Shown piece by piece: positions 39,824 through 49,860 of a DNA stretch of 56,728 bases (the stretch's first letter is position 1; every line of letters begins with the position of its first letter). The stretch lies in assembly GCA_018054715.1 (NCBI GenBank), contig JAGPIY010000001.1, positions 1 to 56,728 on the forward strand. Direction: 5' to 3'. A program made the translations under genes and the position numbers. The notes under the pieces were generated by a model that saw only the letters and a list, made by a program, of their open reading frames with translations, did no database searches and was not told where the DNA came from. This DNA is from Bacteroidaceae bacterium (lineage in GTDB: Bacteria > Bacteroidota > Bacteroidia > Bacteroidales > Bacteroidaceae).

Positions 39824-40189
39824 ATGATACAGACAGAATCAAGACTTATAGTTTGTGACAACAGTGGAGCTAAAGAGGCCCTTTGCATCCGAGTACTCGG
39901 TGGCACAGGTCGTCGTTATGCTTCTGTTGGTGATGTAATTGTCGTTTCAGTAAAGAGTGTAATTCCTTCAAGTGATGTAAAGAAGGGAGCTGTTTCAAAG
40001 GCTCTTATCGTTCGCACGAAGAAAGAAATCCGTCGTCCAGATGGTTCCTATATTCGCTTTGACGACAATGCTTGTGTGTTGCTAAACAACGCAGGTGAGA
40101 TTAGAGGTAGCCGTATTTTCGGCCCTGTAGCGAGAGAGTTGCGTACCGCTAATATGAAGGTTGTGTCTCTTGCCCCTGAAGTACTTTAA
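39824..40189 (+). CDS. rplN: 50S ribosomal protein L14
   Basis: [17 protein letters not shown]. Confidence 0.97.
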   Translation: MIQTESRLIVCDNSGAKEALCIRVLGGTGRRYASVGDVIVVSVKSVIPSSDVKKGAVSKALIVRTKKEIRRPDGSYIRFDDNACVLLNNAGEIRGSRIFGPVARELRTANMKVVSLAPEVL

Positions 40190-40209
40190 TCAAGTAAAAA
40201 AGTAAAGTA

Positions 40210-40530
40210 ATGAGTAAGTTACATATTAAAAAAGGCGACACCGTTATTGTCAATGCTGGAAAAGATAAAGGCAAAACGGGTCGTGTGCTTAAAGTTCTTG
40301 TAGAGAAACAAAGAGCTTTTGTAGAGGGCGTGAACCTCGTTTCAAAGAGTCAGAAGCCTAGTGCTAAAAACCCTCAGGGTGGTATCGCTAAACAAGAGGC
40401 TTCTTTGCATATTTCTAACTTGAATCCATTGGATCCCAAGTCAGGTTTGGCAACTCGCATTGGTAGAAAGAGAAACGCTGATGGCGTTTTGGTACGTTAT
40501 GCTAAAAAATCAGGAGAGGAGATTAAGTAA
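40210..40530 (+). CDS. rplX: 50S ribosomal protein L24
   Basis: [22 protein letters not shown] (KOW motif). Confidence 0.95.
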   Translation: MSKLHIKKGDTVIVNAGKDKGKTGRVLKVLVEKQRAFVEGVNLVSKSQKPSAKNPQGGIAKQEASLHISNLNPLDPKSGLATRIGRKRNADGVLVRYAKKSGEEIK

Positions 40531-41081
40531 TGAGTAATACTGCAAGTCTTAAGAAAGAATATGCGGAGCGTATCGCTCCAGCATTGAAGGAGAAATTTCA
40601 GTATTCTTCTGCGATGCAGATTCCCGTATTAAAAAAGATCGTGATTAACCAAGGTCTAGGGGCTGCTGTTGCTGATAAGAAAATTGTAGACGTGGCTGTA
40701 ACAGAGCTTTCAACGATCACAGGTCAGAAAGCTGTTGTGACTTTGTCACGCAAAGATATTGCGAACTTCAAGTTGCGTAAGAAAATGCCTATTGGTGTGA
40801 TGGTAACATTGCGTCGTGAAAGAATGTATGAGTTCTTGGAGCGCCTTGTTCGTGTTTCTTTGCCTCGTATTCGTGACTTCAAGGGTATTAATAGCAAATT
40901 TGATGGTCAAGGTAATTATACATTGGGTATCGAAGAGCAAATTATATTCCCTGAAATCAATATTGATAGCGTTTCTAAAATCATGGGTATGAATATCACG
41001 TTTGTGACTTCTGCTGCTACTGATGAAGAAGGTTATGCATTGTTGAAAGAATTCGGTTTACCTTTTAAGAATAAAGATTGA
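40530..41081 (+). CDS. rplE: 50S ribosomal protein L5
   Basis: ...[29 protein letters not shown]. The ATG overlaps the rplX stop (TAATG). Confidence 0.96.
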   Translation: MSNTASLKKEYAERIAPALKEKFQYSSAMQIPVLKKIVINQGLGAAVADKKIVDVAVTELSTITGQKAVVTLSRKDIANFKLRKKMPIGVMVTLRRERMYEFLERLVRVSLPRIRDFKGINSKFDGQGNYTLGIEEQIIFPEINIDSVSKIMGMNITFVTSAATDEEGYALLKEFGLPFKNKD

Positions 41082-41088
41082 TATAATT

Positions 41089-41391
41089 ATGGCAAAAGAA
41101 TCAATGAAAGCGCGTGAAGTAAAGCGTGCTAAACTGGTAGCAAAATACGCTGTGAAAAGAGCAGCGTTGAAAGCCATTGTGAAAAAGAGTGAAGATCCTT
41201 CTGAACGATTTGAGGCAGCACAAAAGTTGCAGTCAATTCCAAAGAATGCTAATCCAATTCGTCTTCACAATCGTTGCTCACTGACAGGCCGCCCAAAAGG
41301 CTACATTCGTCAGTTCGGTGTTTCCAGAATTCAGTTCCGTGAAATGGCTTCTAATGGTCTTATTCCTGGAATTAAGAAGGCAAGCTGGTAA
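41089..41391 (+). CDS. rpsN: 30S ribosomal protein S14 (long form, without the zinc-binding Cys cluster)
   Basis: 100 aa, ...[28 protein letters not shown]... with a single Cys. Confidence 0.95.
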   Translation: MAKESMKAREVKRAKLVAKYAVKRAALKAIVKKSEDPSERFEAAQKLQSIPKNANPIRLHNRCSLTGRPKGYIRQFGVSRIQFREMASNGLIPGIKKASW

Positions 41392-41448
41392 ATAAGCATT
41401 TTTTTTATTTAAATATTGTCAGGGAGGCCTGATTAATTTAATTATTTT

Positions 41449-41844
41449 ATGACAGATCCAATAGCAGATTATTTGACGAGGTTAAGAAACGCCATCGGTG
41501 CAAAACACCGTGTGGTAGAAGTTCCTGCCTCTAATCTCAAAAAAGAAATTACAAAGATTCTTTTTGAGAAGGGTTACATCTTGAACTATAAGTTCGTGGA
41601 AGAAGGCCCTCAAGGTACTATCAAGGTTGCTTTGAAGTACGATCCCGTAAACAAAGTGAACGCGATTAAGAAACTGGAGAGAATTTCTACTCCCGGTTTG
41701 CGTAAATACACAGGCTATAAAGAAATGCCTCGTGTTATTAATGGTTTGGGTATCGCTATCATCTCAACTTCTAAAGGTGTAATGACCAATAAAGAAGCAG
41801 CTGAGTTGAAAATCGGTGGCGAAGTATTGTGCTACGTTTATTAA
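41449..41844 (+). CDS. rpsH: 30S ribosomal protein S8
   Basis: MTDPIADYLTRLRNA... Confidence 0.96.
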   Translation: MTDPIADYLTRLRNAIGAKHRVVEVPASNLKKEITKILFEKGYILNYKFVEEGPQGTIKVALKYDPVNKVNAIKKLERISTPGLRKYTGYKEMPRVINGLGIAIISTSKGVMTNKEAAELKIGGEVLCYVY

Positions 41845-41861
41845 ATTAAGGAGGAAAAGCT

Positions 41862-42416
41862 ATGTCAAGAATTGGTAAATTACCTATTAGCATTCCTGCT
41901 GGAGTTACAGTAACTCTGAAGGATAACGTGGTAACCGTAAAAGGTCCCAAAGGAGAGTTGGTACAAGAGGTTAATCCTCTGATCAATGTAGAAGTTAAAG
42001 AGAACGAAATAGAGCTTACTCGTAGTAATGAGGATAAACAGGAACGTGCATTCCATGGTTTGTATCGTTCGCTTATTAATAATATGGTGATTGGTGTTTC
42101 TCAAGGCTACCGTAAGGAACTTGAACTTGTAGGTGTAGGTTATCGTGCATCCAACCAAGGAAACACAATTGAGCTATCTTTGGGATATTCTCATGCAATC
42201 TTTATTCAGCTTCCCGCAGAAGTAAAGGTTGAGACTAAATCAGAGCGTAATAAAAACCCTTTGATAATGTTAGAGAGCTGTGATAAGCAGTTACTTGGTA
42301 TGATTTGCTCAAAGATTCGTTCTTTCCGCAAACCTGAGCCATATAAAGGTAAAGGTATTCGATTTGTGGGTGAAGAGATTCGTCGCAAATCTGGTAAGTC
42401 TGCAAGTGCAAAATAA
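41862..42416 (+). CDS. rplF: 50S ribosomal protein L6
   Basis: MSRIGKLPISIPAGVTV... Confidence 0.96.
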   Translation: MSRIGKLPISIPAGVTVTLKDNVVTVKGPKGELVQEVNPLINVEVKENEIELTRSNEDKQERAFHGLYRSLINNMVIGVSQGYRKELELVGVGYRASNQGNTIELSLGYSHAIFIQLPAEVKVETKSERNKNPLIMLESCDKQLLGMICSKIRSFRKPEPYKGKGIRFVGEEIRRKSGKSASAK

Positions 42417-42436
42417 ATCTTTAGAAAGGTAAGATT

Positions 42437-42781
42437 ATGACTACTAAATTAGATAGACGAACAAAGATTAAATATAGAGTACGCAATAAAATTTCTGGCA
42501 CAGCAGAGCGTCCGCGCATGAGTGTATACAGAAGCAATAAGCAGATCTATGTTCAGGTTATTGATGACCTTGCTGGTAAAACACTAGCTGCGGCTTCTTC
42601 TCTAGCATTAGAGGGGACTCTTCCTAAGAAAGAGCAAGCTGCTAAGGTTGGTGAACTTATTGCAAAAAGTGCCCAGGAAGCTGGTGTTACTTCTGTAGTG
42701 TTTGACCGTAATGGTTATTTGTATCATGGTAGAGTTAAGGAAGTAGCTGATGCTGCCCGTAACGCAGGACTTAAATTTTAA
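42437..42781 (+). CDS. rplR: 50S ribosomal protein L18
   Basis: ...[20 protein letters not shown]...[13 protein letters not shown]. Confidence 0.95.
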   Translation: MTTKLDRRTKIKYRVRNKISGTAERPRMSVYRSNKQIYVQVIDDLAGKTLAAASSLALEGTLPKKEQAAKVGELIAKSAQEAGVTSVVFDRNGYLYHGRVKEVADAARNAGLKF

Positions 42782-42786
42782 TCATT

Positions 42787-43296
42787 ATGGCAAATAAAGT
42801 AAAAATTGCAAGCGATATAGAGCTTAAAGATAGATTGGTGGCAATTAACCGCGTAACAAAAGTTACGAAAGGTGGTCGTACCATGAGCTTTTCAGCTATC
42901 GTAGTTGTTGGAAACGAGGATGGCGTAATTGGTTGGGGTCTTGGTAAGGCGGGTGAGGTAACTTCCGCTATTGCTAAAGGCGTAGAAACAGCCAAGAAAA
43001 ACCTGATAAAGGTTCCTGTTCTTAAAGGTACTATACCTCATGAGCAACTTGCCCGTTTTGGGGGTGCTGAAGTATTTATCAAACCAGCTTCTCATGGTAC
43101 TGGTGTAGTTGCCGGTGGTGCTATGCGTGCTGTATTAGAGAGTGTTGGTGTAACAGATGTACTTGCTAAGTCAAAGGGATCTTCCAATCCTCATAATTTG
43201 GTAAAGGCAACGATAAAGGCGCTTGGTGAGTTGCGTGATGCACGTACTGTAGCTCAGAATCGTGGAATTAGTATGGATAAAGTGTTTAGAGGTTAA
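42787..43296 (+). CDS. rpsE: 30S ribosomal protein S5
   Basis: ...[27 protein letters not shown]... Confidence 0.96.
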   Translation: MANKVKIASDIELKDRLVAINRVTKVTKGGRTMSFSAIVVVGNEDGVIGWGLGKAGEVTSAIAKGVETAKKNLIKVPVLKGTIPHEQLARFGGAEVFIKPASHGTGVVAGGAMRAVLESVGVTDVLAKSKGSSNPHNLVKATIKALGELRDARTVAQNRGISMDKVFRG

Positions 43297-43309
43297 GAAA
43301 GATTAAGCT

Positions 43310-43486
43310 ATGGCAACAATTAAGATTAAGCAGACAAAAAGCAGAATCGGAGCCCCAAAAGATCAGAAGAGAACTCTCGATGCACTTGGTCTCCGTAAAA
43401 TGAACAAGGTTGTAGAGCATGAGCTTACAGACTCGCTTCAAGGTATGGTAAATAAGGTAAAACACCTTGTTACTATTATAGAGTAA
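43310..43486 (+). CDS. rpmD: 50S ribosomal protein L30
   Basis: 58-aa ORF below the track cut-off, translated by hand: MATIKIKQTKSRIGAPKDQKRTLDALGLRKMNKVVEHELTDSLQGMVNKVKHLVTIIE. Sits in the canonical slot between rpsE and rplO. Confidence 0.9.
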   Translation: MATIKIKQTKSRIGAPKDQKRTLDALGLRKMNKVVEHELTDSLQGMVNKVKHLVTIIE

Positions 43487-43517
43487 TAACTTGTAGAATA
43501 GAAAAAATTATTAAGAT

Positions 43518-43964
43518 ATGGACTTAAGTAATTTGAAACCCGCTAGTGGTGCTACTCATTCATGTAAGAGAATAGGTCGCGGACCTGGTTCTGGTCATGG
43601 TGGCACTTCTACTCGTGGTCATAAGGGCGCCAAATCAAGATCGGGTTATTCTCGTAAGATTGGTTTTGAAGGTGGTCAGATGCCTCTTCAGCGTCGTGTT
43701 CCTAAATTTGGTTTTAAGAACATCAATCGTGTAGAGTATAAAGCAATCAATTTGGATACTATTCAAAAACTTGCTGAGGTGAATAACCTTGAAAAAGTAG
43801 GTCTAGCAGATTTTATTGCTGCAGGATTTATTTCTTCTAATCAGTTGGTTAAAGTATTGGGCAACGGTGAATTGAAAGCGAAGTTGACAGTTGAGGCAAA
43901 TGGCTTCTCTGCATCTGCTTCAAAAGCTATCGAAGCCGTTGGTGGAACTGTAGTTAAACTCTGA
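43518..43964 (+). CDS. rplO: 50S ribosomal protein L15
   Basis: ...GRGPGSGHGGTSTRGHKGAKSRSG... Confidence 0.95.
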   Translation: MDLSNLKPASGATHSCKRIGRGPGSGHGGTSTRGHKGAKSRSGYSRKIGFEGGQMPLQRRVPKFGFKNINRVEYKAINLDTIQKLAEVNNLEKVGLADFIAAGFISSNQLVKVLGNGELKAKLTVEANGFSASASKAIEAVGGTVVKL

Positions 43965-43968
43965 TCTC

Positions 43969-45315
43969 ATGATTAAAGCTGTTGAGACACTGAAAAACAT
44001 TTGGAAAATTGAGGATCTGCGTCAGCGGATTCTCATTACCATATTGTTTGTTGCAATTTATCGTTTTGGATCCTTTGTAACGCTTCCTGGTATAAATCCT
44101 TCGATGTTGGGAGCGCTTCATAAACAAACCGATGGTGGACTTTTGTCACTTTTGGATATGTTCTCTGGTGGCGCATTCTCAAATGCTTCAGTGTTCGCAC
44201 TGGGTATTATGCCTTATATTACTGCATCTATTGTGATACAGTTATTGGCAATTGCAGTGCCTTATTTCCAGAAATTGCAACGTGAAGGTGAAAGTGGGCA
44301 TACTAAGATCAATCAGTATACTCGTTATTTGACGATTATTATTCTTATTTTCCAAGCTCCGGCTTATTTGATGAATTTGAAGAATACGATTGGTCCTGCA
44401 TTCAATTCTTCTTTGGATTGGATCTTTTTTATGATAACTTCTATTATAATTTTGACTGCAGGTAGTATGTTTATTCTTTGGTTAGGTGAACGTATTACAG
44501 ATAAGGGAATAGGAAATGGTGTATCTTTCATCATTTTGGTTGGAATTATAGCACGTCTACCAAATGCGTTAGGTCAAGAGCTAGTATCGCGTTTTACTGC
44601 AACACAAGGTGGTGGTCTCATCATGCTTATCTTTGAATTTGTAACTCTAATGCTTGTAATTGTGGCTGCAATCCTGTTAGTTCAGGGAAGTCGTCATATT
44701 CCTGTGCAGTATGCAAAGCGTATTTCGGATAATATGCAATATGGTGGTGCTCGTCAGTACATTCCTTTAAAAGTGAATTCTGCAAATGTTATGCCTATCA
44801 TTTTTGCGCAAGCTATTATGTTTATTCCTTTGGCTTTTGTTGGCTATTCAAATAAGGGAGATGCATCTAGTTTTGCAATCGAATTGACTAATCCTCATGG
44901 ATTTTGGTATAATTTTGTTTTTGTAATATTGATTGTCCTATTTACCTATTTTTATACTGCAATTACAATTAATCCAACTCAAATGGCTGAGGATATGAAG
45001 CGCAATAATGGCTTTATTCCTGGAATTAAGCCAGGTAAAGATACTGCGGAATATATTGATACAATTATGTCTCGTATAACATTACCCGGTTCTTTTTTCC
45101 TCGCTTTTATTGCAATTCTTCCTGTATTTACCACTAAATTTGGTGTGCAGTCAGGATTCTCTCAGTTCTTTGGTGGTACTTCATTGATCATTCTTGTAGG
45201 TGTTGTTCTCGATACGCTTCAGCAAATAGAGAGCCATTTATTGATGAGACATTATGATGGTCTGCTAAGTTCTGGTCGCATTAAAGGGCGATTTGCTGTT
45301 GGAAATGCTTATTGA
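43969..45315 (+). CDS. secY: preprotein translocase subunit SecY
   Basis: 448 aa, 10-TM profile, ...ALGIMPYITASIVIQLL...GERITDKGIGNG. Confidence 0.96.
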   Translation: MIKAVETLKNIWKIEDLRQRILITILFVAIYRFGSFVTLPGINPSMLGALHKQTDGGLLSLLDMFSGGAFSNASVFALGIMPYITASIVIQLLAIAVPYFQKLQREGESGHTKINQYTRYLTIIILIFQAPAYLMNLKNTIGPAFNSSLDWIFFMITSIIILTAGSMFILWLGERITDKGIGNGVSFIILVGIIARLPNALGQELVSRFTATQGGGLIMLIFEFVTLMLVIVAAILLVQGSRHIPVQYAKRISDNMQYGGARQYIPLKVNSANVMPIIFAQAIMFIPLAFVGYSNKGDASSFAIELTNPHGFWYNFVFVILIVLFTYFYTAITINPTQMAEDMKRNNGFIPGIKPGKDTAEYIDTIMSRITLPGSFFLAFIAILPVFTTKFGVQSGFSQFFGGTSLIILVGVVLDTLQQIESHLLMRHYDGLLSSGRIKGRFAVGNAY

Positions 45316-45332
45316 ATAATGAGGTAAAACGA

Positions 45333-46130
45333 ATGGTTTATCTTAAGACAGAAGAGGAAATAGAGTTACTTCGTGAAAGTAACTTGTTGGTAGGAAAAAC
45401 TTTGGCTGAGGTTGCAAAACTTGTTAAGCCAGGTGTTACTACTAAGCAATTGGATCGAGTAGCGGAAACCTTTATTAGAGATAATGGAGCGATTCCAACC
45501 TTTTTGGGGTTCCCAAATCCTTATGGTGGTCCATTCCCAGCATCTCTTTGTACTTCAGTAAATGACCAAGTAGTGCATGGTATTCCTGATGATGTACCAT
45601 TGAAAGATGGTGATATTGTGTCGGTAGATTGTGGTACACTGTTAAATGGTTTTTGTGGAGACTCTTGTTATACGTTTTGTGTAGGGGAAGTGAAACCTTC
45701 TACATTGAAACTTCTAAAAACGACGAAAGAGTCACTTTATAAGGCTATTGAAACGGCAATTCCGGGTCGACGATTAGGCGATATTGGTTATACTGTTCAG
45801 AACTATTGTGAAGCCGAAGGGTACAGTGTAGTTCGTGAGTTTGTAGGGCATGGGATAGGAAGAGAAATGCATGAAGAACCTCAAGTCCCTAATTATGGGA
45901 GACGAGGTACAGGTATGCTTCTGAAAGCTGGTTTATGCATTGCGATTGAGCCAATGGTTCTTGCAGGTGGACGTGATGTCTATTTGGAGGCTAACAATTG
46001 GGGTACTCGTACTTGTGATCGTCAATTGGCTGCTCATTTTGAGCATACTATTGCTGTAACAAAGAAGGGTGCAGATGTGCTTTCTACGTTCCAGTTTATT
46101 GAAGAAGTTTTAGGTGAAAACGCAATTTGA
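45333..46130 (+). CDS. map: type I methionine aminopeptidase
   Basis: ...VVHGIP...DCG...GHGIGREMHEEP...EH... metal-ligand contexts. ATG 45333 preferred to the track TTG at 45312. Confidence 0.92.
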   Translation: MVYLKTEEEIELLRESNLLVGKTLAEVAKLVKPGVTTKQLDRVAETFIRDNGAIPTFLGFPNPYGGPFPASLCTSVNDQVVHGIPDDVPLKDGDIVSVDCGTLLNGFCGDSCYTFCVGEVKPSTLKLLKTTKESLYKAIETAIPGRRLGDIGYTVQNYCEAEGYSVVREFVGHGIGREMHEEPQVPNYGRRGTGMLLKAGLCIAIEPMVLAGGRDVYLEANNWGTRTCDRQLAAHFEHTIAVTKKGADVLSTFQFIEEVLGENAI

Positions 46131-46145
46131 ATTTAATTAATAAGT

Positions 46146-46364
46146 ATGGCTAAACAGTCTGCGATAGAACAAGATGGAGTAATAATCGAAGCATTGTCAA
46201 ATGCAATGTTTCGTGTAGAATTAGAAAATGGGCATGAAATCACGGCTCATATTTCTGGAAAAATGAGAATGCATTATATAAAGATCCTTCCCGGCGATAA
46301 GGTACGTGTAGAAATGTCACCTTATGATTTGTCGAAAGGTAGAATTTGTTTTAGATACAAATAA
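46146..46364 (+). CDS. infA: translation initiation factor IF-1
   Basis: 72 aa, ...[31 protein letters not shown]... Confidence 0.96.
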   Translation: MAKQSAIEQDGVIIEALSNAMFRVELENGHEITAHISGKMRMHYIKILPGDKVRVEMSPYDLSKGRICFRYK

Positions 46365-46376
46365 TAAAAGATAGAT

Positions 46377-46493
46377 ATGAAAGTTAGAGCTTCTTTGAAG
46401 AAACGCACTCCAGAGTGCAAAATCGTACGACGTCATGGCGTATTGTACGTGATTAACAAAAAGAATCCCAAGTTTAAACAACGTCAGGGTTGA
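46377..46493 (+). CDS. rpmJ: 50S ribosomal protein L36
   Basis: 38-aa ORF below the track cut-off, translated by hand: [38 protein letters not shown]. Sits in the canonical slot between infA and rpsM. Confidence 0.9.
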   Translation: MKVRASLKKRTPECKIVRRHGVLYVINKKNPKFKQRQG

Positions 46494-46525
46494 TTCGTTT
46501 ATTAAGCAAATAATATCATAGCAAT

Positions 46526-46903
46526 ATGGCAATAAGAATAGTTGGTGTAGATTTGCCTCAGAATAAGAGAGGTGAGATTGCGTTGACCTACATTTTTGGT
46601 ATCGGACGCAGCAGCTCAGCCAAAATATTGGACAAGGCTGGAGTTGACAAAGACTTAAAAGTAAAAGATTGGACAGATGACCAAGCTGCACAGATTCGTG
46701 AGATCCTTGCAGATTATAAAGTGGAGGGTGACCTTCGCTCAGAGGTTCAGTTGAATATCAAGCGATTGATGGACATCGGTTGTTACCGTGGCGTGCGTCA
46801 TCGTATTGGTCTACCTCTTCGTGGTCAGAGTACAAAAAACAATGCTCGTACACGTAAGGGTCGTAAGAAAACAGTTGCAAACAAGAAAAAAGCTACTAAA
46901 TAA
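46526..46903 (+). CDS. rpsM: 30S ribosomal protein S13
   Basis: [15 protein letters not shown]...[17 protein letters not shown]. Confidence 0.96.
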   Translation: MAIRIVGVDLPQNKRGEIALTYIFGIGRSSSAKILDKAGVDKDLKVKDWTDDQAAQIREILADYKVEGDLRSEVQLNIKRLMDIGCYRGVRHRIGLPLRGQSTKNNARTRKGRKKTVANKKKATK

Positions 46904-46914
46904 TTAAGTTAATT

Positions 46915-47304
46915 ATGGCAAAAAAAACAGTTGCAGCCAAGAAAAGAGTTGTAAAAGTAGATGCACAAGGACAGTTGCACGTACATTCTTCTTTTAACAA
47001 TATCATCGTTAGCTTGGCAAATAGTGAAGGTCAGATCATTTCATGGTCTTCAGCTGGTAAAATGGGATTCCGCGGTTCAAAGAAAAATACTCCTTACGCT
47101 GCTCAAATGGCAGCACAGGATTGTGCAAAGGTTGCTTATGACCTTGGCCTTAGAAAAGTAGTCGCTTATGTAAAAGGACCGGGTAACGGTCGTGAGTCCG
47201 CTATTCGTACCATTCATGGTGCAGGTATTGAAGTAACACAGATTATAGATGTTACTCCACTTCCTCATAATGGCTGCCGTCCTCCTAAGAGACGTCGCGT
47301 ATAA
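46915..47304 (+). CDS. rpsK: 30S ribosomal protein S11
   Basis: ...[37 protein letters not shown]. Confidence 0.96.
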   Translation: MAKKTVAAKKRVVKVDAQGQLHVHSSFNNIIVSLANSEGQIISWSSAGKMGFRGSKKNTPYAAQMAAQDCAKVAYDLGLRKVVAYVKGPGNGRESAIRTIHGAGIEVTQIIDVTPLPHNGCRPPKRRRV

Positions 47305-47333
47305 TTCATTTGTAAAATTAAAAGAATAATAAA

Positions 47334-47939
47334 ATGGCTAGATATACAGGTCCTAAATCAAGAATTGCCCGCAAGTTTGGTGAAGCAATCTTTGGCGCAG
47401 ATAAGGTGTTGTCTAAGAAGAACTACGCTCCTGGTCAGCATGGAAATGGCCGTAAGAAGAAAACTTCTGAGTACGGCACGCAGCTGAAAGAGAAGCAAAA
47501 AGCAAAATACACTTACGGCGTACTTGAGCGTCAGTTCCGCAATCTTTTTGAGAAGGCAGCTACATCTAAGGGTATTACAGGTGAAGTACTGTTGCAACTA
47601 TTGGAGCAACGTCTTGACAATGTAGTGTTCCGTTTGGGTATTGCTCCTACTCGTGCTGCTGCACGTCAATTAGTTTGCCACCGTCACATTACTGTAGATG
47701 GCTTGGTTGTCAATATCGCTTCATATAGTGTAAAACCGGGTCAAGTTATTGGTGTTCGTGAGAAATCAAAATCTCTCGAGGTGATTGATGCTGCTCTTGC
47801 AGGTTTCAATCATAGCAAATACCCTTGGATGGAATGGGATGATGCGAGCAAAACTGGTAAGTTACTTCACATACCAGAACGCGCTGACATTCCTGAGAAC
47901 ATCAAAGAGCAACTGATCGTTGAGTTGTATTCTAAATAA
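47334..47939 (+). CDS. rpsD: 30S ribosomal protein S4
   Basis: [17 protein letters not shown]..., S4 domain [21 protein letters not shown]. Confidence 0.96.
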   Translation: MARYTGPKSRIARKFGEAIFGADKVLSKKNYAPGQHGNGRKKKTSEYGTQLKEKQKAKYTYGVLERQFRNLFEKAATSKGITGEVLLQLLEQRLDNVVFRLGIAPTRAAARQLVCHRHITVDGLVVNIASYSVKPGQVIGVREKSKSLEVIDAALAGFNHSKYPWMEWDDASKTGKLLHIPERADIPENIKEQLIVELYSK

Positions 47940-47956
47940 TAAATAACTGAAGTAAA

Positions 47957-48949
47957 ATGGCTATATTAGCATTTCAAAAACCAGATAAAGTCCTGATGTT
48001 GGAATCGGACTCAAAGTTCGGAAAGTTTGAATTTCGTCCTTTGGAACCCGGCTTCGGTATTACCGTAGGTAACGCTCTTCGCCGTATGCTCCTTTCCTCA
48101 CTTGAGGGATTCGCAATCAACACCATCAAGATTGAGGGTGTTGAGCACGAATTTGCGACAATTCCTGGCGTAAAGGAAGATGTAACCAACATCATCTTGA
48201 ATCTGAAGCAAGTAAGATTCAAGCAAGTTGTTGAGGAGTTCGAGAATGAGAAAGTCGTTGTGACTGTCGAGAACGCGAAAGAGTTTCGTGCATGTGACAT
48301 CGGTAAGTGCTTGACCGGGTTTGAAGTGTTAAATCCTGAATTGGTTATTTGTAATTTAGATACCAAAGCTAAAATGACGATTGAGATTAGTATTAACAAA
48401 GGTCGTGGATATGTTCCTGCTGATGAAAATCGTATTTATTGTACGGACGTCAACACCTTGGCTATTGATTCAATCTATACCCCTATCCGTAATGTAAAAT
48501 ATGTAGTAGAGAATTATCGTGTAGATCAACGTGTTGACTATGATAAACTTGTACTAGAAATTACTACGGATGGTTCCATTCATCCGAAAGATGCCCTAAA
48601 AGAGGCTGCCAAGATTCTAATTCATCACTTTATGTTGTTCTCTGACGAAAAAATTACGTTGGAGGTATCTGATAGTGAAACGAATGAAGAATTTGACGAA
48701 GAGGTGCTTCATATGCGTCAGCTCCTCAAAACCCGTTTGGCCGATATGGACCTTAGTGTTCGTGCGCTAAACTGTTTGAAAGCTGCCGATGTAGAAACGC
48801 TTGGAGACTTGGTACAGTTCAATAAGAACGACCTCCTTAAGTTCCGTAATTTCGGTAAGAAATCGCTCACTGAGCTTGATGATTTGCTCGAGGGTCTGAA
48901 TCTGTCGTTTGGAACCGACATTTCACGTTATAAACTTGATAAAGATTAA
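47957..48949 (+). CDS. rpoA: DNA-directed RNA polymerase subunit alpha
   Basis: 330 aa, ...[21 protein letters not shown]..., C-terminal domain [21 protein letters not shown]. Confidence 0.96.
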   Translation: MAILAFQKPDKVLMLESDSKFGKFEFRPLEPGFGITVGNALRRMLLSSLEGFAINTIKIEGVEHEFATIPGVKEDVTNIILNLKQVRFKQVVEEFENEKVVVTVENAKEFRACDIGKCLTGFEVLNPELVICNLDTKAKMTIEISINKGRGYVPADENRIYCTDVNTLAIDSIYTPIRNVKYVVENYRVDQRVDYDKLVLEITTDGSIHPKDALKEAAKILIHHFMLFSDEKITLEVSDSETNEEFDEEVLHMRQLLKTRLADMDLSVRALNCLKAADVETLGDLVQFNKNDLLKFRNFGKKSLTELDDLLEGLNLSFGTDISRYKLDKD

Positions 48950-48955
48950 ACAAAA

Positions 48956-49441
48956 ATGAGACATAACAAAAAATTCAACCATTTGGGCCGCACTGCATCT
49001 CATAGAAAGGCTATGCTTCAAAACATGGCTTGTTCTTTGATTCAGCACAAAAGAATCACTACGACCCTTGCGAAGGCAAAAGCACTGAAGAAGTTCATTG
49101 AGCCTTTGTTGACTAAGTCGAAGAATGATACTACGAACTCTCGTCGTGTAGTCTTCTCTAACCTACAAGACAAGTTTGCAGTGACCGAGCTTTTTAAGGA
49201 AGTCAGTGCCAAAATTGCTGATCGTCCAGGCGGTTACACTCGTATCATAAAAACAGGTCATCGTCTAGGTGATAATGCAGAAATGTGTTTCATCGAGCTT
49301 GTTGACTATAATGAGAATATGGCTAAAGAGCAAAAAGCGGCAAAGAAGACTACTCGTCGTTCTAAAAAAGCAGCTCCTAGTGCAGAAGTTCCCGCAACTG
49401 AGGCTCCTGTACTTGCAACTGAGGCTCCTGCCGCTGAGTAA
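48956..49441 (+). CDS. rplQ: 50S ribosomal protein L17 with low-complexity C-terminal tail
   Basis: [21 protein letters not shown]..., with an Ala/Pro/Glu-rich tail. Confidence 0.95.
   Translation: MRHNKKFNHLGRTASHRKAMLQNMACSLIQHKRITTTLAKAKALKKFIEPLLTKSKNDTTNSRRVVFSNLQDKFAVTELFKEVSAKIADRPGGYTRIIKTGHRLGDNAEMCFIELVDYNENMAKEQKAAKKTTRRSKKAAPSAEVPATEAPVLATEAPAAE
49394..49430 (+). repeat. 16-nt perfect repeat with 21-nt period inside the rplQ 3' end
   Basis: gcaactgaggctcctg at 49394-49409 and at 49415-49430. Encodes [14 protein letters not shown]. Confidence 0.85.
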
Positions 49442-49460
49442 GAATACATCAACTTGCGAT

Positions 49461-49495
49461 AAAAAAGGCTTTCCATAAAGGAAAGCCTTTTTTTA
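49461..49495 (+). terminator. Rho-independent terminator ending the ribosomal-protein cluster
   Basis: Stem ggctttcc (49467-49474) / ggaaagcc (49480-49487), followed by the T-run 49488-49494. Confidence 0.85.
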
Positions 49496-49627
49496 TGGAG
49501 TTATATATTTGATATATTTATATGTTTTATCTTGGGATATGAAAGAAAAGTAAGTAAAAAAACGAGTGGTATGTCGTTTTGTGATTAAAATTAATACTTA
49601 TCAATCAATTTGTTTGTTTGTCTATTT

Positions 49628-49704
49628 AAAGAACCTTACCTTTGTCTTCCAAATAGGTGGCTAGGGTAATGTTATATATGGATACACAAAGCAATTATTA
49701 ACTT
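49628..49704 (+). repeat. leader module copy A (~77 nt), contains the candidate -7 box
   Basis: Shares ordered blocks AAAGAA, CTTTG, CCAAATAG, GGATA and CAATTATTAACTT with copy B, which lies 143 nt downstream. Confidence 0.65.
49637..49644 (+). promoter_or_regulatory. candidate -7 box TAccTTTG for the T9SS cargo gene
   Basis: TTACCTTTG. Would give a ~210-nt leader to the ATG at 49861. Confidence 0.4.
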
Positions 49705-49770
49705 CTCATTTCTCAAAGAAGCATATAAGTAAGGTATAGGTATACCATAGAGATGCTGTCTCATCTTGAC

Positions 49771-49847
49771 AAAGAAGCTTTGTCTTTGCCCTCCAAATAG
49801 ATATAAGGATAACATTTGGATATAATACACAACACAATTATTAACTT
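49771..49847 (+). repeat. leader module copy B (~77 nt), ends 14 nt before the ATG
   Basis: See copy A. The 13-nt block caattattaactt is identical at 49692-49704 and 49835-49847. Confidence 0.65.
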
Positions 49848-49860
49848 AAACAAGAATGAA

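Noticed and set aside
41089-41391. S14 without the zinc-binding Cys cluster, and at 46377-46493 L36 with a single Cys, as possible zinc-starvation paralogs.
   Set aside because: Each is the only copy and sits in its canonical operon slot. The sequences match the usual Bacteroidota primary forms rather than alternative Zur-regulated paralogs.
41392-41448. A 57-nt rpsN-rpsH spacer with a 5-bp hairpin tcagg-gagg-cctga, considered as a possible S8 operator.
   Set aside because: The stem is too short and unsupported by any other feature. The known E. coli S8 site lies elsewhere, at the start of rplE.
47974-48399. A 141-aa ORF antisense to rpoA, plus many 60-110-aa antisense or off-frame ORFs throughout the ribosomal cluster and inside relA/spoT, GH2, the patatin gene, priA and others.
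   Set aside because: All of them overlap strongly supported genes, lack promoter boxes and family motifs, and have compositions typical of frame shadows.
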